Shown here in pieces: positions 35,182 to 44,683 of a DNA stretch of 64,000 nt. Origin of the DNA: a virus; IMG/VR virus record IMGVR_UViG_3300014202_000270; one strand, written 5' to 3'. Numbering within the stretch: position 1 is the first letter of the stretch; each line of letters begins with the position of its first letter. The notes beneath the pieces were generated by a model, which saw only the letters and a list, made by a program, of their open reading frames with translations, was not told the origin of the DNA and searched no databases. The position numbers and the translations under genes were made by a program.

Positions 35182-35385
35182 TCAAGGCTTGCCTACCACG
35201 CTAATAGGTGCGGGTAAATTTCTTACTACAGCGAGAATCATGTTGGTTTTCATGCACCATTTCCTTACTGTCATAGTCTTGGTGCGATGATAAATCACAC
35301 GCTCAACACGAACAGGAATGGGTTCTTCACTGTGAGATAGACATACGTCTAAATAGATTTCTTTTGTGACATTTTCATTAGTCAT
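35182..35385 (-). CDS. Hypothetical early protein
   Basis: 67-aa ORF. Confidence 0.55.
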   Translation of the reverse strand: MTNENVTKEIYLDVCLSHSEEPIPVRVERVIYHRTKTMTVRKWCMKTNMILAVVRNLPAPISVVGKP

Positions 35386-35538
35386 AATTGATAAGTGTTT
35401 ATGGTTAATGAATCAAATGAATGTATTACCGCGTCGAGGCAAAGACTACGAGTTAAGGTACTTGGGCCCGCGAGCGGTGCCCTGCACTACCCTACAAACA
35501 GTAAAGCCCCGCATCACTGCGAGGCTTTACAACTGTTG

Positions 35539-35748
35539 TTACAACTTATCTTCTTCTGCTGTGCCGAAGAGCACAAGCATTAGAATCATCGCGAATGTGG
35601 CGAATATCCAGAATGAGCCATGACTTGTAACCTGCAAGAACCCAATATCTGTGAATACAGAGATTAGAAATGCAATGCTCAACAGTGGAACAAAGGTTGC
35701 TACTAATGCAGAGAACCATACGCGTAGGAAAAGAACTAATAGTTTCAT
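35539..35748 (-). CDS. Small two-helix membrane protein
   Basis: 69 aa, two hydrophobic segments. Confidence 0.6.
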   Translation of the reverse strand: MKLLVLFLRVWFSALVATFVPLLSIAFLISVFTDIGFLQVTSHGSFWIFATFAMILMLVLFGTAEEDKL

Positions 35749-35806
35749 AAGATAAAGTGTTTAGTTAAGGGATTAAATGAATGTATCGCCGAGAAAATAC
35801 TGGTGC

Positions 35807-35995
35807 TTATGCAGCACCAGTATCTTTCTTGCGAAGAACGCGGAACAAGAGCGTATCACCGCAGGCGGTAACGTCAAACTTCAACAGAGAACCTGCGGTA
35901 ATCCATTGATTCAAACGCGTTTGCATTTGCGTAAGCTCTTGGCTGTTGTCGTTCTTTACAAAGAACAAATCAACACGATGATTAGAGTTGCTCAT
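35807..35995 (-). CDS. Small hypothetical early protein (62 aa, MSNSNHRV...)
   Basis: Start re-placed to the ATG just downstream of the 36026 motif. Confidence 0.6.
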   Translation of the reverse strand: MSNSNHRVDLFFVKNDNSQELTQMQTRLNQWITAGSLLKFDVTACGDTLLFRVLRKKDTGAA

Positions 35996-36039
35996 ATAAC
36001 AAGGGGTATTAGTTAAGTAATCAGATGAATGTACACATA

Positions 36040-36370
36040 GAACCTTCGTAGCAACACAATGCATGCACCGCATGCATGACATGACTAGCAACGCATGTGC
36101 ATGCACAGTATGCACAGCACAGCATGACAACAACAAAAGTTTTTCCCTTGGAAAAAAACTTTTGTTGGTGTGCGCGCTGGCTTGCGCCGTAGCACGCGCA
36201 GCATAGGGGGTGGCCACCCGCGCGTGCACGGCGGGGGCTCGTTTTGTGGGGCCCCCCTCACACTGTCTATTATCTTATATTGTATATCCCTCACACTGTT
36301 TAATGTATCAAGTTTTCTATTCCTAATATGGTGGGGGGTGGGTAAAAATGTGTAGGTACCCGGGGGTATT
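36040..36370. other. Strand-switch region with GCATG/ATGCA low-complexity repeats and G-tracts; candidate genome terminus, pac or ori
   Basis: Coding strand flips here; repeats and G-runs read directly. Confidence 0.45.
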
Positions 36371-36394
36371 GTTATTTTTATTTATATTAGTAAT

Positions 36395-36727
36395 ATGAAA
36401 AGTGAAGATGCTTATTATTTAGATGGTGAGGGTGATGGTATGCGCGGGGTTAAGTTTGACTCCGAGAATTTTGAGGATGTGATGATATCTGTTGGTTATA
36501 ATAATACCAGGAAGATATTGTTTGGTGTTATTAGTTATGAGGAGTTATTAGAGCGTGCGCGGAAGGAGAACATGGTGTTGTTTTTAGGGCACGACCCTGA
36601 TGAGGGTATTACTGACGAGATTATTCAGGACATGTTGGGATATTATGAGTATACTGAGGAGTATGAGATTTGTGTAGAGATCCGCGACTTTTTATTGAAG
36701 CGTGATGGTGGGAGTTTGGATAAGTAG
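36395..36727 (+). CDS. Hypothetical acidic protein
   Basis: 110-aa ORF. Confidence 0.65.
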   Translation: MKSEDAYYLDGEGDGMRGVKFDSENFEDVMISVGYNNTRKILFGVISYEELLERARKENMVLFLGHDPDEGITDEIIQDMLGYYEYTEEYEICVEIRDFLLKRDGGSLDK

Positions 36728-36765
36728 GGAATAATGGTTATATTAAGAGGTATAATTGTACAAAA

Positions 36766-36906
36766 ATGGCAGCGAAAAAAGAGAATTCTGGTGTAAAGCG
36801 GGTTGATGTTAAGATTAGCCGTCCTGGTGTGCATTCAAAGAAGAAGTCTAGTGGATTAAAGACTAGCAAGAATTATAAGAAGCGGTATAATCGTCAAGGC
36901 AGGTAA
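36766..36906 (+). CDS. Small basic protein (46 aa)
   Basis: Hand translation MAAKKENSGVKRVDVKISRPGVHSKKKSSGLKTSKNYKKRYNRQGR. Confidence 0.6.
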   Translation: MAAKKENSGVKRVDVKISRPGVHSKKKSSGLKTSKNYKKRYNRQGR

Positions 36907-36908
36907 GC

Positions 36909-37598
36909 ATGTTAAACAATTTATTGAATTTATTCAATTTGATTAGGATAAGGGCCCAGCGCACTGTGCCCGAGGCTTCTGATCTTTTCATGCTTGGTGT
37001 TAGAAATGATAAGTATGATGGTGATTATAGACCAGCTATTATTACAGTGCAGGATTTCATGGCATATATAAACTTCAATGTTGCTACTGGTGGGGGATTG
37101 TTTAGTCAAACTGTGAATGGTCCCACTGTTACGAATACTACTACCGAGACAAATATTTTGGGTACCGGTGTTGGTAGCTTGAGTGTGCCGGCGAATGTGT
37201 TTATGGTTGGTGATAGCTTTCATATAACAGTTATTGGCCATTTATCCTCTAAAAACAATGACGATCTGCGTATAAGGGTGAAATCTGGGGGTGTAGTATT
37301 GGTTGATACAGGCAACATAAACATGCCTGGGTTGACTAATCAACATTTTGAACTAAACCTTGACTTCACTATTCGCGCTATTGGTCCCGCTGGGGTGGCT
37401 AGCATTGCTAGTGGTGGCCAGTTTACATATATAAAAGATGCCTCTTCTGCTTTTGAGGGGGTAGATTTTAGTGTTATTAACAACACAACTTTTGATACAA
37501 CGGTGCTTAACACACTGACTATCACCGCACAATGGGATGCTGCTAATCCATTAAACTCTATTTACACTGAAATTGTAACTTTAACTAAAACATATTAA
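36909..37598 (+). CDS. Putative virion structural/fibre protein
   Basis: 229 aa, Thr/Gly-rich beta-type sequence. Confidence 0.55.
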   Translation: MLNNLLNLFNLIRIRAQRTVPEASDLFMLGVRNDKYDGDYRPAIITVQDFMAYINFNVATGGGLFSQTVNGPTVTNTTTETNILGTGVGSLSVPANVFMVGDSFHITVIGHLSSKNNDDLRIRVKSGGVVLVDTGNINMPGLTNQHFELNLDFTIRAIGPAGVASIASGGQFTYIKDASSAFEGVDFSVINNTTFDTTVLNTLTITAQWDAANPLNSIYTEIVTLTKTY

Positions 37599-37600
37599 CC

Positions 37601-37966
37601 ATGTCTGCAGGTAATATAAAAACATATGGTCAAAAGGGTAGTAATATGCCCTACCAGCTCAAGGTACTTGAGGGGTTGCAAGCTTTATTTACGTCACTAT
37701 CTACACTTGTTAGTAATACAGGTAGTTCTACTGGTGCTTTGTTGTCGTCAACGGGTGCTGGTACTATTGCTGTAGCCACTAAGTCTGTATCTATTTATAA
37801 TGCTGGTGCCGCGCCGGGCACTGTGAATGTGAATGGTGGGGGCAATGTTAGTCTCCCTGCGGGTGTAACTTTGAACTTTGATGCTGGCACCGCCTCTAAA
37901 TATCCGGCTGGTCATTTTGCATACAACGCTTCTGGTACAACCTTTATTATTACCTATACCTACTAA
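37601..37966 (+). CDS. Putative virion structural protein
   Basis: 121 aa, Gly/Ser/Thr-rich. Confidence 0.5.
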   Translation: MSAGNIKTYGQKGSNMPYQLKVLEGLQALFTSLSTLVSNTGSSTGALLSSTGAGTIAVATKSVSIYNAGAAPGTVNVNGGGNVSLPAGVTLNFDAGTASKYPAGHFAYNASGTTFIITYTY

Positions 37967-38895
37967 TGGGCAATAGCATTAACATAAGCAAGTATCTTGG
38001 CTCCAAGGTAAGGGGTATTGAACCGCCAATTGTAACAGGTTCTCCTTTATTTTTGGATGATTATCCTGGAGCTGGGGTAGCGTATTCGTTTCGTAAGCAA
38101 AGACTTGCTTATGGAGGAAATGCTGTTCGTGTGCGTAGGAGCAGTGATAATGCTGAGTTAGATATACCTTTTGCTGGTGGAGTGCTTAGTACAGCAACAT
38201 TAAGTTCTTTCTGTGCTGGAACAAACGGTTTTGTAACAACTGTATATGGTCAAGATCTTTCACTTAACAATGCTAGACAGTCTGTGTTATTGTTTCAACC
38301 AAAAATATACGATTCTGTAGGTGGCGTTATAACTCAAAATGGTAAGCCTGCTATGTTGTTTGATGGTATTGATGATCATTTAGTTATAGATACAGCTTTA
38401 CCTTTGACTAGTCATACTATATTTGATGTAGTTAGTGTAAGCGGTGTAACAGCATCATCATCACCAAGAATTAAATATGGAGGATCACCAAGCGGCCCAT
38501 CTTTTTCTGAGATGTTATATGGTTATGGTGCAGTTACTGGCACCTTAACTAACGAAACTGAGTTTTTCATTTCTTTCCTTGCAGGTCAAGTGTATGGTTA
38601 TGGTAATACTGTAAGCCCTCTTAATGGTCAGCTTTTGAACTCATTGGTGTATATTAGTAATTCTTCTTTTACAGCTAGAAGAAACAATACACTGTTGTCA
38701 TTAAATACAGCTACAACCGGTGGTTTTAATAGTGTTAGAGAGCCAGATGATATAAAATACATAGGTGCAAGAAACGACGGCACTTTGAATTTTAGTGGAT
38801 ATATGCAAGAGATAACAGTATATCCAAGTGATCAAACATCTATTGTTAATGCTGCAACGTTAGATATAAATACATATTACAATGTCTACCCTTAA
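37966..38895 (+). CDS. ConA-like lectin / arabinofuranosidase-B-like domain protein
   Basis: AYSFRKQRLAYGGNAVRVRRSSDNAELDI; NGKPAMLFDG; FSGYMQEITVY. Confidence 0.65.
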   Translation: MGNSINISKYLGSKVRGIEPPIVTGSPLFLDDYPGAGVAYSFRKQRLAYGGNAVRVRRSSDNAELDIPFAGGVLSTATLSSFCAGTNGFVTTVYGQDLSLNNARQSVLLFQPKIYDSVGGVITQNGKPAMLFDGIDDHLVIDTALPLTSHTIFDVVSVSGVTASSSPRIKYGGSPSGPSFSEMLYGYGAVTGTLTNETEFFISFLAGQVYGYGNTVSPLNGQLLNSLVYISNSSFTARRNNTLLSLNTATTGGFNSVREPDDIKYIGARNDGTLNFSGYMQEITVYPSDQTSIVNAATLDINTYYNVYP

Positions 38896-39895
38896 CGGTT
38901 ATAAGTTTAACACACAGGCTGATGCCATTTTAGCAAAAAGTGCATGTGATGCATTTTATGGTATTCCTGTAGGACCATCTAGTATAACACAAAGTTATGT
39001 AGACTACCATTTTGCTGATAGGGATAATCCTGTATTCTGGTATATAAAGGGAGATCCTTCGCTAATACCAGTTTTAGGTTCACCAACAACATTTACAGTT
39101 AATGATAGTGTAGATCCTCCAGCTTTGCTTTTAGACTCATATCCAGGAGCATCAGTAGCTTATTCTCTTAGACTATTAAGTAGTAGTTATACAGGAGCAG
39201 CAGTTCGTGTTAGAAGATCTACGGATAATGCTGAACAAGATGTTAATTTTACAGCAGGGGTTTTAGATACTAATGCTCTATTAGCTTTTTGTGGAAGCGG
39301 TAATGGTTTTATATCAAGATGGTATGATCAAAGTGGGAATCTAAAAGATAATATACAATTGTCATTAGGAGCTCAACCAAGAATTGTATTGTCAGGAAGC
39401 CTGGAAACAGTAAATTTAAAACCTGCAGTAAACTACATATCTGGTACGTTTACAGCTACATCTTTAGAAAATGTAACTGCTCAAAGTATATTCACTGTAG
39501 GTCAAGTAGTTACATATAACCAACTTCAGTCACTTATTTCTTTTGATAGTGTATCAATAGGTTTTGGCCCATGGATTCGTTCTATAGCTCCTAATTATTG
39601 GAGAACACCTAGCACAAGTGCAACAGACGCTTTTGATTTTACACATTTAAGCAATATGTATTTTGATGGAAGTTTACATATAACAGCAAACAACTTCTTA
39701 AACCCACACATCTTATCTTCTTTTGCATCAGTAGCCCTTAATAATAGAAAGTTTGGTATAAGCGATGCAACCTATCTTGGAAGATGGTTTCTAGGTAAGA
39801 TGTCTGAATGTATTGTATATCCTACCAGTCAAGAGACTGGGTTCAGGTCAGGGATCGAATCAAATATGAGCACCAATTATTCAATTACAATATGA
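38882..39895 (+). CDS. ConA-like lectin domain protein with an extra N-terminal module
   Basis: AYSLRLLSSSYTGAAVRVRRSTDNAEQDV; paralogous to 37966-38895. Confidence 0.65.
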   Translation: MSTLNGYKFNTQADAILAKSACDAFYGIPVGPSSITQSYVDYHFADRDNPVFWYIKGDPSLIPVLGSPTTFTVNDSVDPPALLLDSYPGASVAYSLRLLSSSYTGAAVRVRRSTDNAEQDVNFTAGVLDTNALLAFCGSGNGFISRWYDQSGNLKDNIQLSLGAQPRIVLSGSLETVNLKPAVNYISGTFTATSLENVTAQSIFTVGQVVTYNQLQSLISFDSVSIGFGPWIRSIAPNYWRTPSTSATDAFDFTHLSNMYFDGSLHITANNFLNPHILSSFASVALNNRKFGISDATYLGRWFLGKMSECIVYPTSQETGFRSGIESNMSTNYSITI

Positions 39896-40125
39896 CCGTA
39901 TTAGGCTATAAATACTTAACTGAGGAAGATGCTCAACAGGCAAGGAAAGATTGCTCTGACTATTATGGCATTCCTGTTTCTCCAAATGATACTACCCGGT
40001 ACTGGGTTGATTATCAATGTGCAATGTTAGATGAACCAAAGTTTTGGTTTATACTATTTAATGATAGTCTAACTGTTGTGTTAGGAGAACCTACAGAATT
40101 TGAAGTAAACACAAATATATCTTAA
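39892..40125 (+). CDS. Stand-alone copy of the N-terminal module of 38882-39895
   Basis: GYKY.T..DA..A...C..YYGIPV..YWVDY vs GYKFNTQADA..A...CDAFYGIPV..YVDY; start re-placed to 39892. Confidence 0.6.
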   Translation: MTVLGYKYLTEEDAQQARKDCSDYYGIPVSPNDTTRYWVDYQCAMLDEPKFWFILFNDSLTVVLGEPTEFEVNTNIS

Positions 40126-40127
40126 CC

Positions 40128-40640
40128 ATGGACGCAGTAACACTAGGAAGAATCGAGCATTTACATCCTCAACTTAGAGATGAGGTACGCTCAATATACA
40201 TTGATAAGATAGTGCCCGCGCTATCTGGTCGCGCTACATGTCGTTTTGCTTATACTCTACGCACTTTCAAGGAGCAAGATGATCTCTATGCTAAAGGTAG
40301 AACTGTTTTGTTTGATAGTTTTGGTAATCGTATTGGTAAGGTAACCAATGCTAAAGGTGGCCAATCTTATCATAACTATGGCCTAGCTTTAGATATATGC
40401 CTTATTGTTGATAAGAGACACGCATCGTGGGACTATAAAACCGACTTTGACGGCGATAAAGTAAGTGACTGGATGGAGGTAGTAAAGATCTTCAAAGCTC
40501 ATGGTTGGGCATGGGGTGGTGATTGGAAGTTTATAGATAGACCTCACTTTGAAAAAACCTTTGGTTTATCTAACAAAGAATTGCTTCGTCGCTATAACGC
40601 TAAAGAGTTTATTCCGGGTACAGAGTACGTGAGATTGTGA
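40128..40640 (+). CDS. Endolysin, peptidase M15 family (L-Ala-D-Glu peptidase-like)
   Basis: RTFKEQDDLYAKGR, GQSYHNYGLALD, WGGDWKFIDRPHFE. Confidence 0.88.
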   Translation: MDAVTLGRIEHLHPQLRDEVRSIYIDKIVPALSGRATCRFAYTLRTFKEQDDLYAKGRTVLFDSFGNRIGKVTNAKGGQSYHNYGLALDICLIVDKRHASWDYKTDFDGDKVSDWMEVVKIFKAHGWAWGGDWKFIDRPHFEKTFGLSNKELLRRYNAKEFIPGTEYVRL

Positions 40641-41170
40641 AACAAACCTGGGCCAATAGAGTAAAAGAGCACGTTCATTTTAACTGGGATGTGTTAGAAA
40701 TTATCACTAAAGGTGGTAATGGAAATATGTATTTGGCCAATGATGGTACTTACAAACCTGTATCTGGTGGTGGTGGAGGCATTCCTGTAGTTGGTGAATA
40801 TCGCCATGACTGGGTTGCACCATATTCATATTGTGGCACCGCGCCCACGGGAGCACTAGACACAGATCCTGTATGGCAGATTGATAGACTAGAGATTACA
40901 AACACAGGAGACGTTATATTTTCGTCAGCTTATAATGTAGCTTGGACGAATAGATTAACGGCAACTTATTCCCCGGGTCAGCTTCTCTTACAAACAGAAA
41001 GTGACTGGGTAAGTCCCTATAGTTATTGCGGGGTGGCACCAATTGGTGTATCAACAAGCGATCCCTATTGGGATATACAACGAATACAGGTAAACAATGA
41101 TGGCTCAACAACTGTGTTGAGTGCTAACAATGTTGCCTGGGATAACAGATATAGTACTATATATAATTAA
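40637..41170 (+). CDS. Hypothetical virion-associated protein with internal duplication
   Basis: Two copies of W..PYSYCG.AP.G.....P.W.I.R....W.NR....Y. Confidence 0.6.
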   Translation: MKQTWANRVKEHVHFNWDVLEIITKGGNGNMYLANDGTYKPVSGGGGGIPVVGEYRHDWVAPYSYCGTAPTGALDTDPVWQIDRLEITNTGDVIFSSAYNVAWTNRLTATYSPGQLLLQTESDWVSPYSYCGVAPIGVSTSDPYWDIQRIQVNNDGSTTVLSANNVAWDNRYSTIYN

Positions 41171-41176
41171 ACAGAT

Positions 41177-41470
41177 ATGACAACAAATAAACCAATTACA
41201 ATCGATGGAGTTACTTATGATAAAGTAGCCGCCTCTTTATCTTCAATGCCTTTATTCAGGGAAACTGAAATTGGGCAAACTGTAGCTATTAGATTACAGT
41301 ATTATGCAAAGGACGAAAACGGAAACGTAATTAGACCTGAAGATCCATCTCAGTATGATGTACCCATTGTGTTTGGAGATGTAGTAACTTCTCAAGATAC
41401 TGATGCTTTAGTAGCATTTTCTAAAATTACTGAGGCAATTCAAGGATATATTAACGCAAAAGGTCTTTAA
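41177..41470 (+). CDS. Hypothetical protein (possible fibre chaperone)
   Basis: 97 aa directly upstream of the fibre gene. Confidence 0.45.
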   Translation: MTTNKPITIDGVTYDKVAASLSSMPLFRETEIGQTVAIRLQYYAKDENGNVIRPEDPSQYDVPIVFGDVVTSQDTDALVAFSKITEAIQGYINAKGL

Positions 41471-41472
41471 CC

Positions 41473-43140
41473 ATGGCTATTAGATTTGCAAAGCAAGCTG
41501 GTAACTGGAGTGACCCTTTAACTTGGGATGATGGATTAACCATTCCTACTACAGGTGATGAGGTTTATTTGAACGGTTACAATGTAACTGTTGACCAAGA
41601 TGTAACCACAGGTTTTATTTCCAACTCAATAACCCCTATTGGTGTTCCATTAGACCCAATACCTGACATGACTTCTAACACAAGTCCTGTTGGTGTAGGG
41701 CAAGCATTTGCTGCTTTAGGCCCAAATCTTGATGCTTGGAAACCATTTAGAAAAGGGATAACTACATTTTTGCCTACAACTGATGGTTGGCTAAGTACAG
41801 CAGCCAATGTTGGTCAAGTAGGATTTCAATTTAATTCAGCAAAAAGTATCCAAAGATATGCTTGGTATAGTAATCAACAAAGTACTAACTACAGACCTAG
41901 AGATTGGACATTCCAAGGTAGTAATGATGGGGTAACATGGGTTACGCTTCATACTGTTGTTACAGCAACAAATGCTGCTGCATATAATAGTCCAAACATT
42001 TCTAACCCATCTTCATATACATACTATAGGATAAATGTTACAGCTACACAAGGTGGGTGGCAAATATTTTTGAATGGCTTAAGCATGACTGAAAGTACCT
42101 CTTTTGGTAATGGGTATCTTAGTGGCGGAACAGCAACAATTGCAACATCAAGAACTGTTAACGCTAATTTATATAATGGATTTGGCACAAACCTAATTGT
42201 AATAAGTGCTGCATCTCCTAATGTAGTGAGTATAACAGGCAATATGCCTGGAACAAAAGCAGCATCAAGTAGTACAGTTATATCAGTTACAGGAAACTGT
42301 ACATTGAATTATGTAGGTAATGTTGCAGGAGCATTTGGGATAAGTGGACAGTTGCAAAATGCTCGTGGAATTGTTTTATCTGCTGCCGCTACAGTAAATG
42401 TTACAGGAGATGTATATGGTGGTTCAAATAGCCATGACAACTTTGGTGGGTCTGAAGATATAGGAATTCAATCTTCAACAGGTGCTATAATTAACGTAGT
42501 AGGAAATGTATCAGGAGGAACAGGTGCAGGTAATAGGGGAATACAAGGAAGTAATAATGATACAATAAATATTACAGGTAATGTAACAGGCGGAGCAGGA
42601 ACAAATTCAACTGTTATTCTAAGGGGAATATTACTTACAGGTACATCAACTGTGCCTTGTAGTATTGTAGGTAATGTGACCGGTAGTGTTAATTCTTTTG
42701 CTATACTATCAACATCAACATATCCTGTTAAAATTACAGGAAACATAGAAAATCATTCTAGCGGTAGAATGGCTATATCGGCAATTTTCTTATTCCTAGA
42801 AAGCACTAATATGAGTTGGCAGTTTAGAAAGTTTGACCTAACTACCAACACGCTCTACACCCCCGGTGTTGCAACTGGCCACCCAGCAGAGGCAAATGTA
42901 AGAACAGGTATTGTTTACGGCCCTACAAACAACCTAACAGGTACTTGTGCTGTGCCGCCTGCTGCTGCTGTTAGTATTGGTGTACCTGTTGATAATACAG
43001 TAGGTACTGGTTACTTAAATGCTACAGACATCTGGAATGTACCACTAGCAAGTATTACTACACCTAATAGTATTGGAGAGAGATTAAAAGATGCATCTAC
43101 TGTTCAAAGCACCGGCGCCCAGCTAGCTGCATTCTTGTAA
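41473..43140 (+). CDS. Tail fibre/spike-like protein with F5/8 type C (discoidin) domain and beta-helix-like repeats
   Basis: PRDWTFQGSNDGVTWVTL, YTYYRINVT; repeated INITGNVTGG units. Confidence 0.7.
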   Translation: MAIRFAKQAGNWSDPLTWDDGLTIPTTGDEVYLNGYNVTVDQDVTTGFISNSITPIGVPLDPIPDMTSNTSPVGVGQAFAALGPNLDAWKPFRKGITTFLPTTDGWLSTAANVGQVGFQFNSAKSIQRYAWYSNQQSTNYRPRDWTFQGSNDGVTWVTLHTVVTATNAAAYNSPNISNPSSYTYYRINVTATQGGWQIFLNGLSMTESTSFGNGYLSGGTATIATSRTVNANLYNGFGTNLIVISAASPNVVSITGNMPGTKAASSSTVISVTGNCTLNYVGNVAGAFGISGQLQNARGIVLSAAATVNVTGDVYGGSNSHDNFGGSEDIGIQSSTGAIINVVGNVSGGTGAGNRGIQGSNNDTINITGNVTGGAGTNSTVILRGILLTGTSTVPCSIVGNVTGSVNSFAILSTSTYPVKITGNIENHSSGRMAISAIFLFLESTNMSWQFRKFDLTTNTLYTPGVATGHPAEANVRTGIVYGPTNNLTGTCAVPPAAAVSIGVPVDNTVGTGYLNATDIWNVPLASITTPNSIGERLKDASTVQSTGAQLAAFL

Positions 43141-43182
43141 TACCCAACAATAATTTGTATATTATAAGATATCAAGAACAAA

Positions 43183-43659
43183 ATGGAAAAGCTAAATCTT
43201 AAAGTAACTCTACTTTCATATATATCAGTGGTAATAACATTCTTTACACCACTCGTACCACTACTACTTTTAGTATTCTTTGCTGTTGTAGCAGATACTT
43301 TTGCAGGAAGATGGTATGCGAAAAAACAAGGTGAAGAAGTACTTAGTGAAATCACAAGAAAAGGTTTTGTAAACAAGATGTTTACATACGGCGGAGGACT
43401 CACGTTTATTTTTATGTTAGATAGCTGGGTGCTTAATGATTTTGTAATGATGTACTTTCCTAAAGAATATCTATCTACATTATTTACTGCTTTGTTTATA
43501 ATCTGGATAGAGTACAGTTCTGTTGATGAAAAAGTGAGATGGGAAACCGGAAAAGGTATTACTGAAAGAATATTTGAGTTTGTTAAAAGCATTAAGAAAT
43601 CTATAGGTGTAATCATCAACATCAAAAAACATAAACATGATGAACCTGCAGACATTTGA
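43183..43659 (+). CDS. Putative holin
   Basis: Several hydrophobic helices, ADTFAG, RKGFVNK, basic C-terminus; followed by spanin-like genes. Confidence 0.65.
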   Translation: MEKLNLKVTLLSYISVVITFFTPLVPLLLLVFFAVVADTFAGRWYAKKQGEEVLSEITRKGFVNKMFTYGGGLTFIFMLDSWVLNDFVMMYFPKEYLSTLFTALFIIWIEYSSVDEKVRWETGKGITERIFEFVKSIKKSIGVIINIKKHKHDEPADI

Positions 43660-43999
43660 TAGATTTGTACGATATGCCAGTTTGGTTGGTATAGGTGTAA
43701 TCATATTCTTTATGTTTGATACATATTTAACTAAAGATGAAGAATTAATATCTACAACTAAGCTAGAACTTGATGTTTATAATCTTGGTAAGAAGATTGA
43801 TTCTACAAATTATCAGATTAAAACTTTAAATGTGCAAGCTGATAAAATCTCAAACCAGGTAAATGTTACTCTTACAAATGTCAAACAAATCAAAAAGCAG
43901 CGTGATGAAAAGATTAACTATGTTTCTAATCTTAATGATTCTGCATCCTTTGTGTTTTTCACAGGTTGGATATCCCAGGATTTTAGTACTGGAAGGTGA
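43637..43999 (+). CDS. Spanin-like membrane protein
   Basis: N-terminal transmembrane helix plus coiled coil. Confidence 0.45.
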   Translation: MMNLQTFDRFVRYASLVGIGVIIFFMFDTYLTKDEELISTTKLELDVYNLGKKIDSTNYQIKTLNVQADKISNQVNVTLTNVKQIKKQRDEKINYVSNLNDSASFVFFTGWISQDFSTGR

Positions 44000-44324
44000 T
44001 ACAGTTATTGCTATAACTAAACAGCAACAACGTAATCTAAACGTGCTTTATCTAAGGCACGAATATGCCCAGATACAAGTAGATAGTCTAGAAAAAGTTG
44101 GTACAGATTGCCAAGAATTAATACTGATTAACAAGAAGTTACAAACTACACTTGGTATCAAGGATTCTCTTATTGACAAAAAAGACGCTACTTACACAGA
44201 GATAATAAACGTCAAAGATCAAAACATTAACAAGCTTGAGAAAAAAATTAAAAAAAGAACTGTGATTAGTAGTGTGGTTGGTGGCCTACTAGTTGTTTTA
44301 ATTATTATATTTGGAGTCTCATAA
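43905..44324 (+). CDS. Spanin-like protein overlapping the previous gene
   Basis: Signal-like MKRLTMFLILMIL, coiled coil, C-terminal TM; Rz/Rz1-like overlap; no clear lipobox. Confidence 0.45.
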   Translation: MKRLTMFLILMILHPLCFSQVGYPRILVLEGDTVIAITKQQQRNLNVLYLRHEYAQIQVDSLEKVGTDCQELILINKKLQTTLGIKDSLIDKKDATYTEIINVKDQNINKLEKKIKKRTVISSVVGGLLVVLIIIFGVS

Positions 44325-44350
44325 AACGGTGTTTTTAATTGGTTACAGAG

Positions 44351-44380
44351 CCCCGTAGTTTTTACTACGGGGTTTTCTTT
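44351..44380 (+). terminator. Intrinsic terminator
   Basis: ccccgtagt/actacgggg stem followed by a T-tract. Confidence 0.8.
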
Positions 44381-44411
44381 TTGTACACTTTAAACATTTT
44401 ATGTATATTTG
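44380..44411 (+). promoter_or_regulatory. Bacteroidota primary-sigma promoter (TTTG-N20-TATATTTG)
   Basis: Exact match to the -33 TTTG / -7 TAnnTTTG consensus upstream of ATG 44428. Confidence 0.7.
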
Positions 44412-44427
44412 TGTAAACTTTAATGAT

Positions 44428-44682
44428 ATGGAAAACCAACAAGAAAACATTAGTCCTGAAGAACTAGTTCGCAGGCGTGAGGAGCTAAGTGCTCATTACA
44501 AGGAAACTATTCCCTTTTTAAAGAGGCAGCTAGAGTATGAAGAACTGCTCACAAAAATTGAGGAAGCTCGTGCTAACCGGTTTATGATTCAGGTTAAGGT
44601 GGCCCAATATATGGCGCCAGATCCTGAAGAAGAGCCTTTACCAGAAACTAGTTCTAAATCTCGTAACCTAAAAAAGTCTTAA
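44428..44682 (+). CDS. Hypothetical coiled-coil protein
   Basis: Start re-placed to MENQQEN. Confidence 0.65.
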   Translation: MENQQENISPEELVRRREELSAHYKETIPFLKRQLEYEELLTKIEEARANRFMIQVKVAQYMAPDPEEEPLPETSSKSRNLKKS

Positions 44683-44683
44683 G

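Larger units (their letters stand above)
33890..36033 (-). promoter_or_regulatory. Six co-oriented copies of a TACATTC-core motif (three extended to TGCCAAATTTACATTC); putative early promoters
   Basis: Copies at 33890-33910, 34563-34578, 35104-35124, 35418-35425, 35778-35785 and 36026-36033, all intergenic. Confidence 0.6.

Noticed and set aside
35996-36355. ORFs 35807-36229 (5' extension), 36085-36294 and 36170-36355
   Set aside because: They translate low-complexity GCATG and G-tract DNA; treated as non-coding
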